Origin: an uncultured Planctomycetales bacterium
Lineage (GTDB): Bacteria; Omnitrophota; Gorgyraeia; Zapsychrales; JANLHA01
Length of the DNA stretch: 64,000 nt
Direction: 5' to 3'
Assembly (NCBI GenBank): GCA_964374105.1
Contig: CAYJXI010000001.1
Span: 71,743-135,742, forward strand
Positions 63,001-64,000 of the stretch are shown in pieces (the first letter of the stretch is position 1; the number at the start of each line of letters is the position of its first letter). Position numbers and translations under genes: made by a program. A model generated the notes under the pieces. The model did not search any database, had not been told where the DNA came from, and worked only from the letters and a program-made list of their open reading frames with translations.

Positions 63001-64000
63001 AGTTATATATCTTACAAGAGAGGTTATATCACTTCAGAAGATTTAGAGAGGATCCTTACTGTCTTAGAAAACATAGGCCTCCCACTCTATGACGAGGCCG
63101 CAACAGTCCAAGCCATCTGGCCCGGTCTGGAGAGCTTCCGTCGTCACCTGGGTGGTGAGCTGACCATTTCTCTGCTGAAGTCCATCGGTGAAAAGATTGA
63201 TGTTCATGAAATGAATCCTTCGCAGGTTGAGGAGGCGATTACCTATCTGAAGGATCGAAGAAAGGAAAAAGAAGATAGTGCCCGTAAGGCTAACAGTCTC
63301 TTAGGACTTGTGCCGGTTGCCAGCAAACGCCGTTCTCGTCTGGTTGACAATGTCTCAGCCGAGCGGATTGAGCGGATTAAGGAAATTTTCAAACGGATTG
63401 CTCCGCAATACATGAGTCATCTGCGGGAATTTACGGAGGTGACTTATCAAAAGAACATGGCAAGCTTTGCCGCGGTAGAAGTGGAAGGAAGTAACGCCTA
63501 TCTCAATCTTGAGGCCATGCTGATGAATGAGCCAACGGAACCGGAACTCAAAGAGGCCCGGGAAATTTTACAGGCGATACTGTATTTACATGAGACAATC
63601 CACTTCCGGCTGACCATTAAGGATACCACCAAAGCGGATTTGACCGAGGAGTTGTTTGTCTTTGTCATGGTGGATGCGGTTGTGTACGACGGTTTGAGTG
63701 CCCAACAGAAAGAGACATTAAGAAAATTGGCCGAAGAATTCGATCGGCAGGAATCGCTGGCAACGGGTGAGGCCATCACCCGTCTTTCGGATTCCTTGAA
63801 GATTTTTGCAGAGTTTGCCAAGGAGATCTTAAAGAGTAGAGATAAAACATTGATCGAAAAATTGGCGGCCCGGCTGAAAGAAAAGTACGAAGTCTTCCGG
63901 AATCAGGAATTGGATTGGAAGCGGTGGAATGAGCTTAAAGAAACACTTGAGCCGGTGAGCCCCATGACTAAGCTAGTTGAGGTGGCAGGAACCTTGCCTC
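1..64000 (+). CDS. Giant multidomain ORF, partial at both ends; frame +1 is stop-free across all 64,000 nt (at least 21,333 codons)
   Basis: Read in frame line by line (each 60-nt line starts a frame-1 codon); no in-frame TAA/TAG/TGA found anywhere. Coherent protein motifs run along the whole length. All ORF-track + strand ORFs are in frame 2 (one in frame 3) and short. The frame stays open even across the antisense of four minus-strand gene pairs. Confidence 0.85.
590..9560 (+). repeat. Four tandem ~2-2.9 kb protein-level repeat modules: helical region plus degenerate class-I methyltransferase/Rossmann-like core
   Basis: Recurrent motifs. 'KLK(G/A)IF(T/L)EEL' near 598, 2596, 4699 and 7561. 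'YVDLA(T/P)G(Y/P)(Q/R)G', 'F(I/V)(F/L)VD..F V.(A/T)YL.KA(V/I)', 'SIGTL(H/R/K)L(R/Q)', 'L(V/I).PGG(E/Q)II' and 'GHINPQGEF(I/V)E.MTGY...(F/L)IFTKP' near 1990-2580, 4030-4620, 6130-6700 and 9000-9560. Confidence 0.7.
10040..10520 (+). other. HAD-superfamily hydrolase-like domain
   Basis: Motif I 'YVDLDETLF' at ~10050 and motif IV-like 'LFVDNRPDVIEAA' at ~10430. Confidence 0.5.
11020..11370 (+). other. Phosphoribosyltransferase (type I PRTase) domain
   Basis: 'IIFVDTGARPL' and PRPP-binding-loop-like 'ILVVDDNMVSGDTL'. Confidence 0.55.
15160..16790 (+). other. SNF2-family helicase ATPase domain (N lobe plus helicase C)
   Basis: 'DDPGLGKTAQAIAAI' (motif I), 'ILDEAHRLRN' (DEAH box, ~15805), 'LVTATPL' (motif III), and C lobe 'VVIFTRF...FMDGSVPQKKRDQEI..FQ...FFVATYGTGGEAITLTAANHVILYDLEWAEPEQPINRVHRLGQTKNVYVHYL'. 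Confidence 0.8.
18250..20050 (+). repeat. Two further copies of the degenerate methyltransferase-like module
   Basis: 'LIIVDRSMFVVEYLKTVVEELG...KIGVIRIKE...MVTPGGKIIISKF...ETFFIFTK' (18.25-18.85 kb) and 'IFLVDSLFTAAFLNKASEVLG...IGTLHLNNL...KGKFMRNKTGY...TVYIFVRT' (19.44-20.05 kb). Confidence 0.6.
20380..20700 (+). other. RelE/ParE-like toxin-fold domain embedded in the sense strand
   Basis: 'WLPFTIQFSKNFLRDVKRSGK...WKWLYSFLEF...LKGKGTKADTRVYPHVWHDDNYRLYFDFLFKVENKISVIDGIRLFAFR' resembles RelE/ParE family architecture. Confidence 0.4.
22078..22226. mobile_element. 149-bp GC-rich palindromic MITE-like element inserted in frame
   Basis: 22-nt terminal inverted repeats, 'acatatgtgaagggtcggggag' (22078-22099) and 'ctccccgactggtcacatatgt' (22205-22226), matching 19/22. 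Three internal hairpins: gggtcggggag-ttt-ctccccgaccc, the perfect palindrome gagggatctcatgagatccctc, and gaccagtcgggga...tccccgactggtc. Flanked by atat/atat. Locally GC-rich; encodes the R/G/P-rich stretch 'VKGRGVSPRPFIPRNEVTRDLMRSLSPLGFGMTSRGIKQKTPRLVTY' with no stop. Confidence 0.5.
25860..26200 (+). other. PrmA/PrmC-like protein (Lys/Gln) N-methyltransferase domain
   Basis: 'ILDGGTGENAVLAIVASRLGAQEVIAVDNIDINLAGAQENIRRNGI...IDIVMTNFPW' (SAM motif I plus an NPPY-like 'TNFPW'). Confidence 0.55.
27985..28600 (+). other. Uridine kinase/phosphoribulokinase-family P-loop kinase domain
   Basis: Walker A 'INGTAASGKTFF'. 'IIELDDFL..KEQR', 'VSIPQFDQGTRKR', 'KVVIVEGILILLNRAVNRRFDLKVFLDADPDERVRRELYRKWNEGRY' (Udk-like layout). 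A second, degenerate copy lies at ~28940-29400. Confidence 0.7.
30330..31080 (+). other. Inositol monophosphatase/CysQ-family (FIG) phosphatase-like domain
   Basis: 'DGSFVTPADVEIQNKIV...WVWVVDPLDGTKAYRGGHKGYAFSLALL' (DPxDGT motif) and a downstream 'W(D)WAA..A' region. Confidence 0.6.
31150..31870 (+). other. RmlD-like dTDP-4-dehydrorhamnose reductase / NAD(P)-binding SDR domain
   Basis: 'LRVAVIGASGYLGKKI' (GxxGxxG), 'VIIYAAGEASPERAEKDPARAETLNAGV', '[35 protein letters not shown]' (YxxxK). Confidence 0.75.
32160..33010 (+). other. HAD-IIB-like hydrolase domain
   Basis: Motif I 'IVLDLDRTAT' at ~32170. 'IIISGSAY'. Motif IV 'LALGDSSVD' at ~32940. Confidence 0.55.
33290..34100 (+). other. Transketolase N-terminal (thiamine-diphosphate-binding) domain
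   Basis: 'GHFGASMSVADILVTLYF', 'ILSEGHAVATLHSIL', 'TGSLGQGLGRGIGMALA', 'FVILGDGEAQEGQVSESM...LDHLIVIMDRNKIQL'. Confidence 0.85.
34240..35190 (+). other. Transketolase C-terminal section (pyrimidine-binding plus C-terminal domains)
   Basis: 'RIVFLTADLTGS', 'FPDRYFDVGIREQSMANIAAGLADSGKRPVVVVYDAMVNLMAEQIRFIAQ', 'GAVGGVGSAMGGRSHQSSAESALYKYIPAMHYFEPADANETYELL', 'GIIVATGSIMRNVLKVYEELRKQGINVRVINI'. Confidence 0.85.
35231..35280. repeat. ~50-bp direct repeat flanking TA pair 1 (partner copy at 36224-36273; each encodes a hydrophobic TM-like segment)
   Basis: 'atcggcaaaatccaaaatcaacattgtctgcctttgaacccttgaccttg' versus 'atcggcaagatccaaaatcaacattgtctgcctttgacccatggaccttg'. Both are preceded by a GGTGA(C/T)AGTC motif. 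Confidence 0.8.
35409..35747 (-). CDS. DUF5615 family protein (PIN/Mut7-C-like putative toxin), pair 1
   Basis: 112 aa beginning 'MKFLIDEDVPIKL...ILISLDKDF...IIVVD', typical of DUF5615 partners of DUF433. Immediately downstream of the DUF433 gene on the same strand. Confidence 0.75.
   Translation of the reverse strand: MKFLIDEDVPIKLMRTLTALGHDVVGVPRSSSDMSNALLAKREDRILISLDKDFFNVLLFPPSEFNIIVVDIHPPNKDVILGAFVGLLDILPSAELRGLIILMKDGTIRIPG
35756..35998 (-). CDS. DUF433 family protein (antitoxin-like partner of DUF5615), pair 1
   Basis: Hallmark N-terminal motif 'PQICHGKVCFQGTRIPIYLVLELLEGGVSPQEII'. RBS GGAGAAAAAG before the ATG at 35998. Stop TAA at 35758-35756, 8 nt before the DUF5615 start. Confidence 0.8.
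   Translation of the reverse strand: MNLQKYLSVDPQICHGKVCFQGTRIPIYLVLELLEGGVSPQEIIGQDYYPELTLDHIKATLHFAAQVAKNQEFLDLHKSK
36350..36720 (+). other. Minimal nucleotidyltransferase (MNT/pol-beta superfamily) domain
   Basis: 'ILGVVIFGSVASGKATLKSDLDFMLIV' (GS-x9-13-DxD motif). Confidence 0.6.
38898..38926. repeat. 29-nt 13-3-13 perfect inverted repeat GGGGACTGTCCCC-tct-GGGGACAGTCCCC
   Basis: Direct reading; in frame it encodes 'GTVPSGDSP'. Related to the recurrent GGTGACAGTCACC 13-mers at 36197, 52444, 53724, 53740 and 62155, which encode 'GDSH'. Confidence 0.7.
39390..39900 (+). other. Block of ~4 predicted transmembrane helices
   Basis: Hydrophobic stretches 'GVIAGIILIFGIIYPL', 'MPFWITLAVGKILWHLF', 'LLITGLQFLMLGLF', 'VYFFISLILGLLVPHFVVDLIVTPLTGWLILF'. 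Confidence 0.45.
44940..45110 (+). other. Second phosphoribosyltransferase-type motif region
   Basis: 'KVVLIVDDNETTGFTAAGLRAAAYEAGAQQVFALAYGKS'. Confidence 0.5.
46190..46620 (+). repeat. 'RNIT' linker module copy 1 of 4 (others at 47322-47700, 48501-48900, 50690-51070)
   Basis: Shared pattern 'RNIT(A/S)(E/D/S)A(L/F)..(F/Y)...........AYY(N/D)..TDQI(I/V)WN.....I...L......FTT.E(I/V)..LI.FIREHE..H......NP.HSE.D(I/V)F..QIK'. Each copy contains HExxH (HEGEH, HEKRH, HEEHH, HEKLH). Confidence 0.75.
46651..47010 (-). CDS. DUF5615 family protein, pair 2
   Basis: 119 aa 'MIKLILDADIPRSFLYELQSQDYDVVDV...VLITRDLDF...GIIVLR', homologous to the other DUF5615 copies. Start codon overlaps the DUF433 stop by 1 nt (translational coupling). 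Confidence 0.75.
   Translation of the reverse strand: MIKLILDADIPRSFLYELQSQDYDVVDVRDISKTPLKDEEIFAIARREGRVLITRDLDFSNILHYPPQKSCGIIVLRTHLLSKEKMYKIIKNILNEIPADKLRGSLVIAQTNRLRFYRT
47010..47258 (-). CDS. DUF433 family protein, pair 2 (start trimmed from the ORF-track call to the internal ATG at 47258)
   Basis: '[47 protein letters not shown]'. Strong RBS GGAGGTATTGAT before the ATG at 47258-47256. The stop TAA overlaps the next gene's ATG (TAATG) at 47010. Confidence 0.8.
   Translation of the reverse strand: [82 protein letters not shown]
47322..47433. repeat. 112-nt perfect direct repeat (second copy at 48501-48612)
   Basis: 'ccgcaacatcaccgctgaggcgctggagaaatttatcaatgctagaaataacagtagcgagccgttaactgaaaccgtcacccagcggctgcagatgttcgtggcgatgttg' is identical at both sites (start of RNIT linker copies 2 and 3). 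Confidence 0.85.
51220..51560 (+). other. Class I SAM-dependent methyltransferase-like domain
   Basis: 'ILLIGAGAEDVRFIAQRYPKGQMAVVSLG...FDFIYIKG...AMRLIGPGGIIY'. Confidence 0.5.
52490..52800 (+). repeat. 'GW' linker module copy 1 of 7 (others at 53566-53880, 56398-56660, 58000-58260, 59250-59520, 60150-60410, 61008-61300)
   Basis: Shared pattern '(V/A)(L/F)GW..YR..L..EFG..GIWHL.KED..II.AFIKEYG.IRGAPMAF..PIAT..AY..AF.HL...YQ.SI..HExxH.E....E(L/F).AY'. HExxH is present in all seven copies (HEQDH, HEFYH, HEEIH, HESVH, HEDAH, HENAH, HEYAH). Copies 1 and 2 (52486-52650 vs 53562-53726) are about 90% identical at the DNA level and flank TA pair 3. Copies 4 and 5 share about 105 identical nt (58039-58143 vs 59288-59392). 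Confidence 0.8.
52803..53171 (-). CDS. DUF5615 family protein, pair 3
   Basis: 122 aa 'MKLLIDECVLVQTAKILRQSGFSVVTIQELGK...IITTDLDF...GVILLR'. Starts 1 nt after the DUF433 stop. Confidence 0.75.
   Translation of the reverse strand: MKLLIDECVLVQTAKILRQSGFSVVTIQELGKASATNGTVINIANKEKATIITTDLDFGNLNLYPTKSHCGVILLRPRLDTLGAMEAVHTVLVRVLKEVPASELSKSLVIVDRDKYRIRSED
53173..53454 (-). CDS. DUF433 family protein, pair 3 (start trimmed to the ATG at 53454)
   Basis: '[54 protein letters not shown]'. RBS GGAGATTCAAAAA before the ATG. The longer ORF-track call (to 53631) adds an implausible N-terminal extension that is antisense to a conserved + strand linker module. Confidence 0.8.
   Translation of the reverse strand: [93 protein letters not shown]
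54300..54700 (+). other. Methyltransferase-like Rossmann domain
   Basis: Motif I-like 'GFGLDLGTGEDALLGKVMMKRGLKVVLVEKEADLIP'. Confidence 0.4.
55590..56150 (+). other. RsuA/RluB-type pseudouridine synthase domain
   Basis: 'VVVMNKEKGIVSA...YRYLTHIGRLDKKTTGLLLFGKKG...KVYEAVVQG...KEGIVI...[52 protein letters not shown]' (catalytic Asp in 'GRLDKKTTGLL', and 'GKNRQVRRM'). Confidence 0.8.
56980..57330 (+). other. NadD/cytidylyltransferase-like nucleotidyltransferase domain
   Basis: 'AFLPMKGDPWQIGHLFVILKGIASRQFDKVIVMVDNSDPVRKPNLRSLTIREAISRIIL', HxGH-like 'QIGHL'. Confidence 0.45.
58324..58410 (+). other. Internal twin-arginine (Tat) signal peptide with lipobox-like cysteines
   Basis: 'MSRREMLKVSLTGLGAAALASCLGCALP' begins at an in-frame ATG, immediately after GW linker copy 4. 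Confidence 0.6.
58440..58960 (+). other. ChaN/Tiki/TraB-like (DUF399-type) domain
   Basis: 'ARVVFVGETDHDTQDDKYFVARSLKELKAIGITHLALENYEAH...IKIIALDSP'. Confidence 0.35.
59690..60000 (+). other. GNAT N-acetyltransferase-like domain
   Basis: 'IVGLFINNRMVGIYDLLSEEFAFHMYVNPQYRGTGAVDVLFEDWLLRF' (GNAT motif A-like Q/RxxGxG). Confidence 0.5.
60454..60669 (-). CDS. DUF2283 family protein (putative antitoxin partner of DUF4258), pair 4
   Basis: 'MRITYDPKVDALYIMFKENTTV...DYDSEGKLAGIEILDA' matches the DUF2283 'YDxExDALYI...GxxxGIEIL' pattern. RBS AAGGAGGTCTC before the ATG at 60669, 12 nt after the DUF4258 stop. Confidence 0.75.
   Translation of the reverse strand: MRITYDPKVDALYIMFKENTTVTTENIADGIAADYDSEGKLAGIEILDAIKRLGDKSAFKSITVEGIALTN
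60682..60942 (-). CDS. DUF4258 family protein (putative toxin), pair 4; start uncertain (alternative ATGs at 60990, 60999, 61080)
   Basis: 'MIARTILLSAHAKMRCTMRGTNESEIAEVIN...KHCRTKQVRPIFVEEEKKIIVVTVYVYYF' fits the DUF4258 pattern (HA..RM.eRgI...ei.evl ... iiVvTvY). No clear Shine-Dalgarno before any candidate start. Stop TAA at 60684-60682. Confidence 0.6.
   Translation of the reverse strand: MIARTILLSAHAKMRCTMRGTNESEIAEVINTIPWQKSQLNKWECRKDFPFNSTWNGKHCRTKQVRPIFVEEEKKIIVVTVYVYYF
62200..63120 (+). other. 3-dehydroquinate synthase / sugar-phosphate-cyclase-like domain
   Basis: '[73 protein letters not shown]', '...DFGHEWGHRLEVVTKHRLTHGEGVSIGMAID' (AroB-family nucleotide- and metal-binding motifs). 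Confidence 0.75.

Noticed and set aside
1-64000. Alternative genetic code or stop-codon reassignment as the explanation for the missing stops
   Set aside because: Reassignment would leave in-frame stop triplets that are read as sense. Here frame 1 contains none of TAA, TAG or TGA, while the other five frames are full of them. This is ordinary code with a truly open frame.
1-64000. rRNA, tRNA or other structured ncRNA genes
   Set aside because: Nothing resembling tRNA cloverleaf spacing or rRNA conserved blocks was seen. The entire window is protein-coding on the + strand.

Overview
The whole 64-kb window is one uninterrupted open reading frame on the + strand in frame 1 (codons start at 1, 4, 7...). 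It is therefore an internal fragment of a giant gene of at least 21,333 codons. I read every 60-nt line in frame and found no in-frame TAA, TAG or TGA; random sequence of this size would carry roughly 1,000 stops. The supplied ORF track lists only short + strand ORFs (frame 2 everywhere, with a single frame-3 ORF at 56409-56621) and none in frame 1, consistent with the giant frame-1 ORF having been omitted.

The encoded protein is a mosaic. The first ~9.6 kb holds four tandem copies of a degenerate Rossmann/methyltransferase-like module, with two more at 18.2-20.0 kb. After that come recognisable enzyme domains: HAD hydrolases, two phosphoribosyltransferase domains, an SNF2 helicase, a RelE/ParE-like domain, a PrmA-like methyltransferase, a uridine-kinase-like P-loop kinase, an inositol-monophosphatase-like domain, an RmlD-like reductase, a complete transketolase (N and C parts), an MNT-like nucleotidyltransferase, a four-helix hydrophobic block, further methyltransferases, a pseudouridine synthase, an NadD-like nucleotidyltransferase, a Tat-signal plus ChaN-like domain, a GNAT acetyltransferase and a dehydroquinate-synthase-like domain.

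In the 3' third these payload domains are separated by two families of conserved linker modules: an 'RNIT' family (4 copies) and a 'GW...IKEYGLIRGAPMAF' family (7 copies). Every one of the 11 linker copies carries an HExxH motif.

Four intact toxin-antitoxin-like gene pairs lie on the minus strand, entirely inside the giant ORF and antisense to it. Three are DUF433/DUF5615 pairs and one is a DUF4258/DUF2283 pair. They have ribosome-binding sites and tightly coupled stop/start junctions. Each sits at a linker junction flanked by direct repeats, yet the + frame stays stop-free across all of them.

A 149-bp GC-rich palindromic element with terminal inverted repeats is inserted in frame at 22.08-22.23 kb. 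No rRNA, tRNA or CRISPR array was recognised. Domain boundaries are approximate and the family assignments rest on motif recognition by eye, not on database searches.
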